Positions 9,749 through 19,040 are shown, counted from the stretch's first letter. The stretch is DNA of 64,000 nucleotides from Candidatus Bathyarchaeia archaeon (GCA_049516875.1 JBEKSS010000011.1:47681-111680); one strand, 5' to 3'. The notes: a model not told the origin generated them from the letters alone. Numbers and translations: made by a program.

Positions 9749-10115
9749 CGCGTTGTCTAAACGGTCATGATGATTTTTCAGCGACCGCTGCCTGCGTTGC
9801 CTACTTCTAGGCCGTGCTTTTCTAAGGTTGCATGATTTGCTGTTAGTGCGCGCTAGAAATGAAAGTCAAGCTGCAGCCGTAGGCAGTGGAAATAGTGGAA
9901 ACGGAAAGGAATTCTGGTTTTGTCTCTGAAAACATGAACTGCATCGGCGATGCAAAATTCCACGAAAGCCTTGAGGCTCCAGCAGCAAACGAGCGTATAT
10001 TCTTGTTCAGAAGCCGACTGTGAAACGATTGAGATTCATAAGCATTAAGAACACAATTGATAGTAATCGTTGTCAGTGACAAAAGACGACACGAAAATGT
10101 AAATAAGGGAGTTAT

Positions 10116-10490
10116 ATGGGCGTGACCAATCCTGCTGTAAGCATCAGTGGACTAAGAGAAAGAACTTCTGGAAAGTATGTCAAAACATCCCTTGATTTGG
10201 TGGTATTGGCAATATTAAACGACAAACCTATGCACGGTTACAAGATAATGGCAGCCATACATACAGAATTCGGCGTTTTGCTAAGTCCGGGTACTCTTTA
10301 CCCTCTTCTTCATTCGTTGGAGGAAAAGAAATTGGTAGAATCACGTGTTGAAGGGGGGAAGAAAGTTTACGAAGCCACCAACGAGGGAAGAACAAGATTC
10401 CAAAATGCGTTCACGATGTTTAAGGTATCAATGAATCAGCTGGAGAGCTTTGTAAAACGAAACGGGAAAAATTCTCTCAATGATTCGTAG
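10116..10490 (+). CDS. PadR-family regulator (GvpE-like wHTH)
   Basis: LDLVVLAILNDKPMHGYKI...LSPGTLYPLLHSLEEKKLV; paralogous to the C-terminal domain of 17569-18402. Confidence 0.88.
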   Translation: MGVTNPAVSISGLRERTSGKYVKTSLDLVVLAILNDKPMHGYKIMAAIHTEFGVLLSPGTLYPLLHSLEEKKLVESRVEGGKKVYEATNEGRTRFQNAFTMFKVSMNQLESFVKRNGKNSLNDS

Positions 10491-10531
10491 GCATTCTAGA
10501 CAAATTCTATGATAAACCTTGACCTATTTTT

Positions 10532-12451
10532 TCATTGTCTCGCTTCCAAGAGAGTTATCATTTCTTTTAGTTTGTTCATCTCCTTCTCGGTATGTCTGTA
10601 CGGTGTTTCTTCAAGTCTCTTTACTGTTTCCGCAATCTCTCTTCTCTCCTCGCTGGATGCTTTGTCACCCAATCCTTTTTCTACTGCAGAGGCCAATGTC
10701 CTGGCTTGGCTTACCCTTTTCACCTTCATGGTCATTCCGTTGGTCTGCTCTACCAACATGTCAATGTAGTCTTTGATTTTGTGAGCATTACTGCTATTCA
10801 ACGTCCCCTCAAGCCTGCCTATAGTTTCTTCCAGAGTCCCTTTTTCCTTTTCAGTGATTTTCCCGGTTACTTCTTCTATCACTTTCTTCGCCTCATAAAT
10901 CACATTCTTTGCCCGGCAACGGATTTCGATGTTCTCTTTTCTCTTTTCGTCTAAATCGTTAAACTTGGTTGCTTCGATGATCATCCTGGTGATTTCTTCT
11001 GCCAACAGCGCTGTCGACTTTAATACTTCAATTGTTTCTTTTTTCCCAGTTTCAAGAATCTCGGCAGAGACGCCCAGTATGCCATCAGCATCAATTTTGA
11101 AGGTAACTTCGACTTTCTGTTCATATCTGGGCGCTGGCAAAATCCCTTCTAGCTTAAACAAACCCAGTGACATGTTGTCCTTCGCCATCTCCCTTTCTCC
11201 TTGTAGAACGTGGATCATCATTGAAGTCTGGTCATCTTCTTCCGTTGCAAAAACCATACATGCCTCGGTTGGAATTGTTGTATTCCTCTTGATCAATCTA
11301 GTAAATATTCCACCAGACGTCTCGACGCCTAAAGACAGAGGAGCAACATCCAGCAAGAGCATATCTCTCATTTCACCTTTCAGAACGCTTGCCTGTATAC
11401 AAGCCCCAATAGCAACAATCCCCATCGGATCTATGCCCCTCTCAGGTTCCAATCTCGAGAAGAAATCTTTGAAGCATCTTCGGACTATTGGCATTCTAGT
11501 TGGTCCGCCCACGAGAACAAGTCTATCTATATCTTGAGAACTAAGGCCGGAATCTTTCAGGGCTTGTCCCAATGGATATTGGAGTCTATCCAGTTCAGGC
11601 TTTATGAGTTCCTCTAGCTTGTCTCGTGCTAGAACAATGCTCGGGTTAATTTCTGTCCCTTCTATGTTGATCTGAGTCTTCACGGTTGTTGAACGCCTAC
11701 TGGACAGGTGAATCTTGGCTAGTTCACCAGCGTCTCTGAGCTTATTCAATATTCTTTGGTCATTTCGTACGTCAACGTTGTATCTTTCTTCGACTTCCTT
11801 GACGAGGTAATCCAGAATTCTGTCGTCCATGTCTTTACCGCCGAGATGGGTGTCTCCGCTTGTAGATAGGACTCTGAAGATTCCGTTATTCATTTGCAGG
11901 ATCGTCACATCAAAGGTTCCAGAGCCCAAATCCAACACCGCGATTTTCAGGTTTTGACCGATCTTGTCTAGACCGTAAGCTAACGAGGCTGCCGTTGGTT
12001 CGCTGATAACTCGCAAAACCTCGAACCCTGCTTTTTCTCCGGCCTCTTTTGTGGCGTTTCTTTGGTTGTTATTGAAATATGCGGGGGTTGAGATTACCGC
12101 TTTGTCTATTTTCTCTCCCAAGTATATTTCAGCATCTTTTTTTATCTTCTTTATTATGAGAGCAGAAATTTCTTGAGAGGTGTACTTGTGACCATCTATT
12201 TCTACAGTGTAGTTTGTGCCGATTTTTCTCTTGATCCATCGTATCGTTCTGTCAGGATGAATGTAAGCGTATGTCTGAGCGTTTTTCCCGATGGCTATTT
12301 GGCCATCTTCTTTGAACGCTACGACAGAGGGAAACATTTTTCCATATGGGGTCGCTCCTTCAGATGCTGGAACAAGCTTTACTTTACCATCCTTCAGCAC
12401 AGCTGCAGCAGAGTTAGTAGTTCCAAGGTCTATTCCTATTGTTCGACCCAT
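10532..12451 (-). CDS. dnaK: Hsp70/DnaK, divergent paralogue at the end of the gvp unit
   Basis: GIDLGTTNS, PAYFN..QR.AT, EPTAASLAYG, DLGSGTFDV, LVGGPTRMP, LLLDVAPLSLG and EVTFKIDADGIL motifs. Confidence 0.93.
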   Translation of the reverse strand: MGRTIGIDLGTTNSAAAVLKDGKVKLVPASEGATPYGKMFPSVVAFKEDGQIAIGKNAQTYAYIHPDRTIRWIKRKIGTNYTVEIDGHKYTSQEISALIIKKIKKDAEIYLGEKIDKAVISTPAYFNNNQRNATKEAGEKAGFEVLRVISEPTAASLAYGLDKIGQNLKIAVLDLGSGTFDVTILQMNNGIFRVLSTSGDTHLGGKDMDDRILDYLVKEVEERYNVDVRNDQRILNKLRDAGELAKIHLSSRRSTTVKTQINIEGTEINPSIVLARDKLEELIKPELDRLQYPLGQALKDSGLSSQDIDRLVLVGGPTRMPIVRRCFKDFFSRLEPERGIDPMGIVAIGACIQASVLKGEMRDMLLLDVAPLSLGVETSGGIFTRLIKRNTTIPTEACMVFATEEDDQTSMMIHVLQGEREMAKDNMSLGLFKLEGILPAPRYEQKVEVTFKIDADGILGVSAEILETGKKETIEVLKSTALLAEEITRMIIEATKFNDLDEKRKENIEIRCRAKNVIYEAKKVIEEVTGKITEKEKGTLEETIGRLEGTLNSSNAHKIKDYIDMLVEQTNGMTMKVKRVSQARTLASAVEKGLGDKASSEERREIAETVKRLEETPYRHTEKEMNKLKEMITLLEARQ

Positions 12452-12477
12452 TCCGATCTGCCATCCCGGAAGATAGC

Positions 12478-13479
12478 TCAGTAACCTTTCTCGTGTATAA
12501 GGAGAGCTTCTTCGACCTTGGATTTGTCAAGAGAGCAGAGATAATGTTCGCAATACTTTGTCAGCAATTCGTGTGCGTTCTTGAGCTTCTTGAATTTCTC
12601 TTCAGCAAGAGGGTCGTCTGGGTGGAGGTCTGGGTGACATTCGCGCGCGAGTAGATTATATGCTGAGTTTACTTCGGACATGCTTGTTTCCTGACTAAGA
12701 TCCAAGATTCTTCGTGCTTCTTCTATAGCCTTGAAATCTATCTTTTTCATTTCAATGTTTACGAAATTGTATGGCGGCAAAGGACTGATGCTCATGAATT
12801 CAAGTTTCCCCTTGTACTTTCTTTCCAATTCCTCTAATCCATCATTAAATTCTTGTTCTTGTCTCTTGTCGACCAAAAAAGAAGCGCTCATTAAGGTGTC
12901 TTGATCAAGGATTTTGCTTTCTTTAAACCCTTCCGCCAAATTCTTCAAAGCGATTTCTATATTCTCCAAGTATTCATTCTTTTTCCTGTCTAGAGCTGAC
13001 TTAACTTTCCTTCCAAGCTCAATCTTCAGTGACTGGTCGTTAATCTCCTTTATTTCTCTGCTTAATGCTCGTATTTCTTCATTTTCTTCCAGAATGGATA
13101 CTAGGATCGATTTGTTCCATGAAATCTTGACGTTGATCTGAACTTTGTGGTCTATGTTTTTCAAGATGTGCTGGAATTTCTTTCGAGCTCGTTTCAAAAC
13201 GTTTCTTATCTCTGTCTCATCTTTGGCTACAACGCCGAAACCAATGGGGATTACTGTGTGAGTCTCCATAATTTTCTGCAGTGCCTTTTCGTGGACCCCA
13301 GCTTCTTCTATGTCAATCTTGAAACTTTCAGGGACATCACTAACTGCGGTGCCAATATCTTCGTATCGAACTACAAATACCTCGCTGTTGTCAATACCAA
13401 TGCAGCCGAAGCTCTCTTCATTTGCTGATCCTACAATTCCATAGACATATTTTCTCGTCTTATCCATACTTTTCTTCAC
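12478..13479 (-). CDS. GvpF/GvpL-family protein fused to a C-terminal J-domain
   Basis: YVYGIV, HEKALQKIMETHTVIPIGFG and PLPPYNFV (GvpF/L), then ARRILDL...AYNLLARECHPDLHPDDPLAEEKFKKLKNAHELL (J-domain with HPD). Confidence 0.85.
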   Translation of the reverse strand: MKKSMDKTRKYVYGIVGSANEESFGCIGIDNSEVFVVRYEDIGTAVSDVPESFKIDIEEAGVHEKALQKIMETHTVIPIGFGVVAKDETEIRNVLKRARKKFQHILKNIDHKVQINVKISWNKSILVSILEENEEIRALSREIKEINDQSLKIELGRKVKSALDRKKNEYLENIEIALKNLAEGFKESKILDQDTLMSASFLVDKRQEQEFNDGLEELERKYKGKLEFMSISPLPPYNFVNIEMKKIDFKAIEEARRILDLSQETSMSEVNSAYNLLARECHPDLHPDDPLAEEKFKKLKNAHELLTKYCEHYLCSLDKSKVEEALLIHEKGY

Positions 13480-14069
13480 CTCATTTCATTTTTGCAATCT
13501 TTCTTGCGATTGAGCGAGGCGAGCAAGGCATTTCCAATTGCTTCCTTGAACTCTCCGATTTCTGAAACATAGACGCGGCCTACTTCGCCGCCAGTGAACT
13601 GAAAATAAAGTTCATCACGCTCTGTTTTGAAGTGAGTTTCCTTTTGCACAATAAGTCCCTCTATCTTATCTAAAGGTGCCTCAAAAACAATCTCGGTAGG
13701 CTCTTTCCTCCAAAGGAAGAGCCTGTTGTTCGTAAGATACCATAGGCCTGGCTTCCACGTGTTCACGATGCCTTGATTGCTCCAGACCGATCCAAAGGCT
13801 TTGATTACTATTTCCTCATCCATGGTTAGCGGCACTGCCACTTTTTTCGCGTATTCTTTCTCATACCATTCCCTTGTGCGCTTGTCCCACGCTTCCATCA
13901 TCCCATATTCAATCATGGTCTCTATACCTGCGATTGCCGCCTTCAAGTTCACCCCTAACAGTGGAACGCCTGCAATAGATATGATCAGGTCTGCGTTCAG
14001 GACTAGCCCATTGTCTAACAATTTCTGTAGAATGTCGTTGATGTCACATTCTCGGTGGCTAGGTCTCAT
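13476..14069 (-). CDS. gvpM: GvpM-like (GvpA/J/M family) protein with an extra C-terminal GRAM/PH-like domain
   Basis: LLDNGLVLNADLIISIAGVPLLGVNLKAAIAGIETMIEYGMMEAWD resembles haloarchaeal GvpM. The C-terminal GLWYLTNNRLFL...PLDKIEGL is GRAM/PH-like. Confidence 0.75.
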   Translation of the reverse strand: MRPSHRECDINDILQKLLDNGLVLNADLIISIAGVPLLGVNLKAAIAGIETMIEYGMMEAWDKRTREWYEKEYAKKVAVPLTMDEEIVIKAFGSVWSNQGIVNTWKPGLWYLTNNRLFLWRKEPTEIVFEAPLDKIEGLIVQKETHFKTERDELYFQFTGGEVGRVYVSEIGEFKEAIGNALLASLNRKKDCKNEMR

Positions 14070-14071
14070 TC

Positions 14072-14902
14072 TCAGATTTCCCCAAGTTTGACAAAACTAA
14101 ATGGTGCCCATGGACCAGTGAAGCGAACCGCATAACCTTCTTGACCTATTTTACCGAGTGCTTGGCCGAGACCCTTGATGTTATCCTCGTGGACCAGGCA
14201 GGAAAACGCTGCAACTAGTTTCTCGTCTTTATAGTTCTCTGGTAAATGTGAAACTCTTCTCTCAATTTCCATTTCTTCAACGTGTTCTTCTATCTGGAAA
14301 GCGAACTCTTCGGCCAGTTTGGCTCGCGTTGCATTACAAGCATCGTTTAGTTTTAGTTCAAGCTTTCGACGAAAAAGGTATCCAGCTCGTTCAGGCATCT
14401 TGCTTGTTTTCTCTTTCAGTTCCCTTAGGGCTTGATCTTCAGCCAAGACTCTTTCCACTAGCCTCTCTTCGTCGGAGAAGATCTGAACCACATATTCTGC
14501 TCTTTGGCTGAGCCGTTCAAGCTCATGCTTGAATTTCTCATGGCACCTTCTCAGCCAGTCTTTGACGGTAATGTCACTACCCTTGACAATGGTGTCAAAA
14601 GAAAAAGGAATTACAGTGCCAAAATGCTCTGTGGCTCCATCGACTACATCATTGTGACTTAGAACCCACTCCATGACTTTTTTTGCGTCCTTTGACTGGT
14701 ATGGCTGGCTTTGACAAGCATGCACTACTGCTGCAACATCCTCGTGGGGAACTGTGTAGACTTCGGCTTTCGCTATTCCTATGTTACCCAAGCTCAGCTT
14801 GGCGGCGCCGTTGACGACACAGTATACGTATCTTCCTTCTGCAAGCTCAGTTTCTCCGAGGAGCTTTGTTTCTTTCATGCTTTTTTCATCTCCTTTTCCC
14901 AT
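14072..14902 (-). CDS. gvpL: Gas vesicle protein GvpL (GvpF/L family)
   Basis: GRYVYCVV, HNDVVD...TVIPFSFDT and FTGPWAPFSFV motifs; follows gvpK. Confidence 0.85.
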   Translation of the reverse strand: MGKGDEKSMKETKLLGETELAEGRYVYCVVNGAAKLSLGNIGIAKAEVYTVPHEDVAAVVHACQSQPYQSKDAKKVMEWVLSHNDVVDGATEHFGTVIPFSFDTIVKGSDITVKDWLRRCHEKFKHELERLSQRAEYVVQIFSDEERLVERVLAEDQALRELKEKTSKMPERAGYLFRRKLELKLNDACNATRAKLAEEFAFQIEEHVEEMEIERRVSHLPENYKDEKLVAAFSCLVHEDNIKGLGQALGKIGQEGYAVRFTGPWAPFSFVKLGEI

Positions 14903-15180
14903 CTTTCTGGGTTTAGAAATACGTCGGTTACTTCAGAAAGGCCATCAATTACAGAATCTACGACATCTTGAATGTCGTTCTCTTTCTTTATGTGGTTCAA
15001 TGCCTCGTTAAGGTCGGCTAGGGCTTCGCTGAGCCTTGCTTCTTCTTCAGCAGTCAACCTACCACTCTCAATTCGCCTTAGGGCTTGCCTCTCAAGAGCT
15101 TCTTCTATTATTTCAGCTAGAGCAACTACGAGCCCTAACAAGCCTTGTTTGAGGTTGCCTTCATCAACCTTGATTACCAT
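14875..15180 (-). CDS. gvpK: Gas vesicle protein GvpK
   Basis: GLLGLVVALAEIIEEALERQALRRIESGRLTAEEEARLSEAL. Confidence 0.93.
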   Translation of the reverse strand: MVIKVDEGNLKQGLLGLVVALAEIIEEALERQALRRIESGRLTAEEEARLSEALADLNEALNHIKKENDIQDVVDSVIDGLSEVTDVFLNPERWEKEMKKA

Positions 15181-15730
15181 GTCTTCTCACCGCTTTTTTC
15201 AGTACAACTTCTAAAACGCCGTTGTTAACTGTCTTTTTCATATTTCCTTCAACAGCGCTTGTAAGCAAGACTTCTTGATGATATTTTTTTCCAGCTATTA
15301 TGAGGAAACTGTCTTTGATTTCAAGTTTGATGTCTTCTTCTTGCAGGGGTATTGAAGCTGTTACCCTTAGAGTATCCTTTTCGTCGTGGAGGTCGAATGA
15401 TTTGCCGTTGGGTATATATTCTGTTAGTTCTTCGTTCAGCCACCACGAAAAAGTGATTTTTTCGCCTGTTAATGGATCAAGTTTGGAAGGCTCAAAAATG
15501 ATGAGAGGCTGCCCCGTAGTCTCTTGAACCTTTGGATTAATGACCTCCCTTATTTTGACCAAGACTTCCATGTCGGAAGAGGCATTGATAAGATCTGCCA
15601 GTTTTCTGATCCCTGCATGTCTCTCTTTTAGAAGATAAATTAGGATCTGGACGCTCTTCTGGTCTAGCGGGTTCATGGCTTGATTCGTGTTCGTCGAGTC
15701 TAAGTGTGAACTTGATGGTTTCCAAGTCAT
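15164..15730 (-). CDS. GvpH-like protein (HTH-like N-terminus + alpha-crystallin/Hsp20 C-terminus)
   Basis: C-terminal DLHDEKDTLRVTASIP...NNGVLEVVLKK; located inside the gvp unit. Confidence 0.65.
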   Translation of the reverse strand: MTWKPSSSHLDSTNTNQAMNPLDQKSVQILIYLLKERHAGIRKLADLINASSDMEVLVKIREVINPKVQETTGQPLIIFEPSKLDPLTGEKITFSWWLNEELTEYIPNGKSFDLHDEKDTLRVTASIPLQEEDIKLEIKDSFLIIAGKKYHQEVLLTSAVEGNMKKTVNNGVLEVVLKKAVRRHGNQG

Positions 15731-15760
15731 TCTTGTCGCCTCAGTTGGCTAGAGCCTCAA

Positions 15761-16138
15761 TTAGGTGAGCTTCACTTTCACTAATGCTTCTTCTTTCGTG
15801 ATGGCGCTTGCGCTTTTCCATCCACACCATGGACACTGATCATCGAGGAGTTGCTCTTTCTCCACGATTTTGTTGCATTGTGGACACCGTTCGTTGTCTT
15901 TTGTGGCTTCTTTCCACGCTTTTGTCTCTAGGTTTGTGCCAGATGGAAACTCTAAACCATATCTTGCTGCAGTCTCGAAAGAGGCTAACGCAGCTCTTAT
16001 TTTGATTCCAAGTAGTTCAACGCCGGCAACAGATACGGCGATGTCAGCATTGATGACTAACCCTTTGTCTAGAATCCTGTCTATGGCATCTGCCAAACCT
16101 CCAGAAGAATTTTCCTTCTGAGGCGTTAATGTTGTCAT
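15761..16138 (-). CDS. gvpJ: Gas vesicle protein GvpJ with a C-terminal zinc ribbon
   Basis: LADAIDRILDKGLVINADIAVSVAGVELLGIKIRAALASFETAARYGLEFP, then CPQC...CPWCGW. Confidence 0.88.
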   Translation of the reverse strand: MTTLTPQKENSSGGLADAIDRILDKGLVINADIAVSVAGVELLGIKIRAALASFETAARYGLEFPSGTNLETKAWKEATKDNERCPQCNKIVEKEQLLDDQCPWCGWKSASAITKEEALVKVKLT

Positions 16139-16164
16139 CTCTTCTTCCCCGACGGATCTAAGGT

Positions 16165-16560
16165 TCACCATATAGCATGGGTCTCCATATCTCTTGAAAT
16201 TCTGTGATCTGAATCAATTTTAGGCGTTTTTCTGCTTGGCCTAAGGTACACAATAGCGTTAACCTCGGTTTCTACGTTGTGTGATTTCAATGTACATAAG
16301 CAATATTCAAAAACCCGATACGAAATTTGTTTCGAAAATTGATAACCTCTTGCCGGATTGTCTCCTTCGTTGGTATCCATTCAAAAACGGTGACAACAAT
16401 AAGCTCCACATCTTTTGCTCGTATGATAAGCCTCCATTTCTGCATCTTCTATCGTTTCGTTTAGAAAAAGTTGCAGCTTCCCTTGCATCCGTTGCGATTA
16501 TGTACCCCAGCATGCTGTAGAGGAGACGACTTGGTTCGCTTCTTCTAAGTTGTTTTCATT
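16165..16560 (-). pseudogene. Probable decayed gene between gvpG and gvpJ
   Basis: ~400 bp inside an otherwise tightly coupled unit, broken into short minus-strand ORFs; one ends overlapping the gvpJ leader. No recognisable motif. Confidence 0.3.
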
Positions 16561-16563
16561 ATT

Positions 16564-16851
16564 CTATTCTGGTATCATCTTCTTTTTGAGGTCTTTTCTG
16601 TTCCTAAGATTGCTTATCTTTTGTTGCTGGTTTAATTCCCTATTTTTGCTTTCGTATTCCTCTTTTGTTGTTTCACCCAGTTCGTAGAGCAATCTGTTCT
16701 CTTTTACTTTGTCGTTAATTCTTCGTTGGATCTCCTCATATCTTGCATCCTCAACGTAATTCGTGATTGTTTCCAGCAGCCAGAGTGTATCAAATGGCGG
16801 TACTGATATGCCGAGTGTTCGAAGCAAAATGTCATCTATTAGAAACGGCAT
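16564..16851 (-). CDS. gvpG: Gas vesicle protein GvpG
   Basis: MPFLIDDILL...KENRLLYELGETTKEEYE; directly follows gvpF. Confidence 0.85.
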   Translation of the reverse strand: MPFLIDDILLRTLGISVPPFDTLWLLETITNYVEDARYEEIQRRINDKVKENRLLYELGETTKEEYESKNRELNQQQKISNLRNRKDLKKKMIPE

Positions 16852-17567
16852 TAGTTCACATGTTTTTTGTTGATTTCGATGCCTTGGGCTCCGATTTTTA
16901 TGTAAACGAAATTGTGTGGGGGCCAGGGGCCGCTATAAAGAAGCTTCAGCATGGGATATTTTTCCTGCAAACTTGCCACTTTGTCTGAAAATGCATCAAT
17001 ATCTCCTTTCTTGACCAGAAAAGATGTGTTTAGAATCAGTCTGTTGGTGAACAAGTTGCCTACGACTGATTGTTTTGCCACGGTGTTTAGTGTCCCTAAG
17101 ATGTCTGATATGCATTCCTTTCTTTTTTCAGGGTCAGTAAACCCGATGTCTGAGTTTAGAACAGCCTTCACCCCTAGCTCAATCATGTTATCAACTAGCT
17201 GTAGGCATTTTCTAGTTGGATCATAAGACTTTGTCAACAAGTGTTTCAATATTTTTTCGTTTTTTATCGTCGTTCCATATTCCACCGGTATGACTGTGTA
17301 TCTCTCCATTATCTGTCTCAAGACTTCTATATGCCTCCGTGTATTGTCTTCAGTAATCTCATAATCCTTCATAGGCAAATCGCTAACTAGGGCCGCGATG
17401 TCTCTATAAGGAATCGCGTGGACCTCGTCACCGTTCATTCCTATGTGCCCAAAACTTTTTCCTTCGTTACACAGTATCACGCCATAGAAATATTTTCCTT
17501 GTTCGTTTCCTCTCCCCTCTTTTCGCTCGGACCTCTTGGCAAGCTCTGCGCATTCTTCGCTTGTCAC
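16851..17567 (-). CDS. gvpF: Gas vesicle protein GvpF
   Basis: GKYFYGVI, YRDIAALVSD, HIEVLRQIMERYTVIPVEYGT and YSGPWPPHNFV motifs. Confidence 0.88.
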   Translation of the reverse strand: MTSEECAELAKRSERKEGRGNEQGKYFYGVILCNEGKSFGHIGMNGDEVHAIPYRDIAALVSDLPMKDYEITEDNTRRHIEVLRQIMERYTVIPVEYGTTIKNEKILKHLLTKSYDPTRKCLQLVDNMIELGVKAVLNSDIGFTDPEKRKECISDILGTLNTVAKQSVVGNLFTNRLILNTSFLVKKGDIDAFSDKVASLQEKYPMLKLLYSGPWPPHNFVYIKIGAQGIEINKKHVN

Positions 17568-17568
17568 T

Positions 17569-18402
17569 TCAATCTGTCTCCTTGACGATTTGTTCCGCCA
17601 TTAGGTAGTTGGCCAGTAGCTTACGAGCTTGAATGCGCTCCTCAATTATGTTTTTTATTTTCAATTCTGCGTCTCTTGCAGGGGCATACCTTTTTGCTTT
17701 GCCATCCTTGCCAGAAGTTAACAAACCCCTATCTCTTAATGACTGAAGGAGAGGATAGATTGTTCCTGGGCTAAGTAGCACGTTGAATTCCAGATGTATA
17801 GTTCCTATTATTTCAGTTCCACACATGTTTTTCCTTTGAAGCAGGGCAAGAATTATGGTCTCAAGATTATCTTTCACCATTTCTTCGACGGAGTCGCATG
17901 ATAACCTAGATTTGTCAATGAAATTTCCAGATAGCATTGTTATGTCGCTTGTTGTTAGTTGAAGGTGATTGTGGTATGCTGCAAATCGTCTAATTGTGTC
18001 GGAATCAAGTCTAGTAACCTCATATGTGCACAGACAGCGTAGAGGCTGCTTCTTGCCCAGCTCGTTTATGTAGTGTTCCCTTTCTGTGATTTCTTGGTCT
18101 TCTTGGTCAAGCATCGATCCAGCGTCTATGATTACGCGTAGCTTGCAGTTTCCCTTGTTTTCAAGGTCTCTAAGTTCTTCTGGTTTGATGATTCCTAACT
18201 CAACGTTCATGAACTTGAATTCTTTGATAAGTGATGCGGGATCGTCTCTAGTTACATATACTGCCCTTTCATCTTTTCTCATAAAAACCAAAAAAGCTCT
18301 TTGAATTTCGTATTTATCCACTTTCGACGTGTATAGGTGGAGGGTATGGTCTAAGCCTTCAAGACTTGTATTGGACCGTGGCTTCAAATTGACCGACTCC
18401 AT
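17569..18402 (-). CDS. MEDS-like sensor domain + PadR/GvpE-like wHTH regulator
   Basis: N-terminal HTLHLY...ERAVYVT...LRCLCTY resembles the MEDS pattern; C-terminal NLETIILALL...LSPGTIYPLLQSLRDRGLL. Confidence 0.75.
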   Translation of the reverse strand: MESVNLKPRSNTSLEGLDHTLHLYTSKVDKYEIQRAFLVFMRKDERAVYVTRDDPASLIKEFKFMNVELGIIKPEELRDLENKGNCKLRVIIDAGSMLDQEDQEITEREHYINELGKKQPLRCLCTYEVTRLDSDTIRRFAAYHNHLQLTTSDITMLSGNFIDKSRLSCDSVEEMVKDNLETIILALLQRKNMCGTEIIGTIHLEFNVLLSPGTIYPLLQSLRDRGLLTSGKDGKAKRYAPARDAELKIKNIIEERIQARKLLANYLMAEQIVKETD

Positions 18403-18444
18403 ACCCTCTCATCTTATCAATAACAATTGTGTGATCCAGAGTAG

Positions 18445-18729
18445 TTACCTGTATCTCTCTGCTTTTCTGTTAAGTTTCGCTGTTCTTGTGCCCCATTTCG
18501 CCTTCCGTGCTAAGTCTTTACATGCTCTTCTTCTCTCTAGCAAATCCACGCTTCTTATCGTTTCAATTACTGTTTCGGAGTTTGTTTTGGAATGCTGCAT
18601 GGCGTGATCCTTTTGAAGTCTCATACTTCCCTCCATTCTTCGTCTTGATTCCAGGTCACGGGAGGATTTTGCTCCCATCAAGTGAAAGTAGCTATTTAGA
18701 CTTCTCTGCCACGAGCTTCGTCTTCCCAT
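18445..18729 (-). CDS. Small basic hypothetical protein in the gvp unit
   Basis: ATG 11 bp after the gvpO stop and co-oriented; Arg/Lys-rich. No family recognised. Confidence 0.5.
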   Translation of the reverse strand: MGRRSSWQRSLNSYFHLMGAKSSRDLESRRRMEGSMRLQKDHAMQHSKTNSETVIETIRSVDLLERRRACKDLARKAKWGTRTAKLNRKAERYR

Positions 18730-18740
18730 AATTACGTCCC

Positions 18741-19040
18741 TTAGCTAGTTTCTGTCTCGGTTTCAGAGGGCGATACCTTGTCACATCGTCTTCTAATGAC
18801 CTTCTGTGTCCAGCCGATTAACGCGCCGTTCTTGTTGAGTCTAATCTCGTATCTTCCCAGAAGATCCTGCGAGTCCGGTATGGACCTTCTCTCCAACACT
18901 TCAACAGTTATTCTCCATTCTCCCTCTAGTTGTTCGACACTTAAGATGGCTTCTGGTTCTTTACGTATGTACTTCTTTGCAATGGCAAATGCCCGATCGG
19001 TGACCTCTTCTATTGACACGCTAGTTTTCTCTGCCATCAT
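18741..19040 (-). CDS. gvpO: Gas vesicle protein GvpO
   Basis: GEWRITVEVLERRSIPDSQDLLGRYEIRL...G.L...RR. Confidence 0.92.
   Translation of the reverse strand: MMAEKTSVSIEEVTDRAFAIAKKYIRKEPEAILSVEQLEGEWRITVEVLERRSIPDSQDLLGRYEIRLNKNGALIGWTQKVIRRRCDKVSPSETETETS

Noticed and set aside
9855-10023. Interrupted + strand frame MKVKLQP*AVEIVETERN... at the island's left edge
   Set aside because: Possibly a pseudogene, but too short and unrecognisable to support a call.
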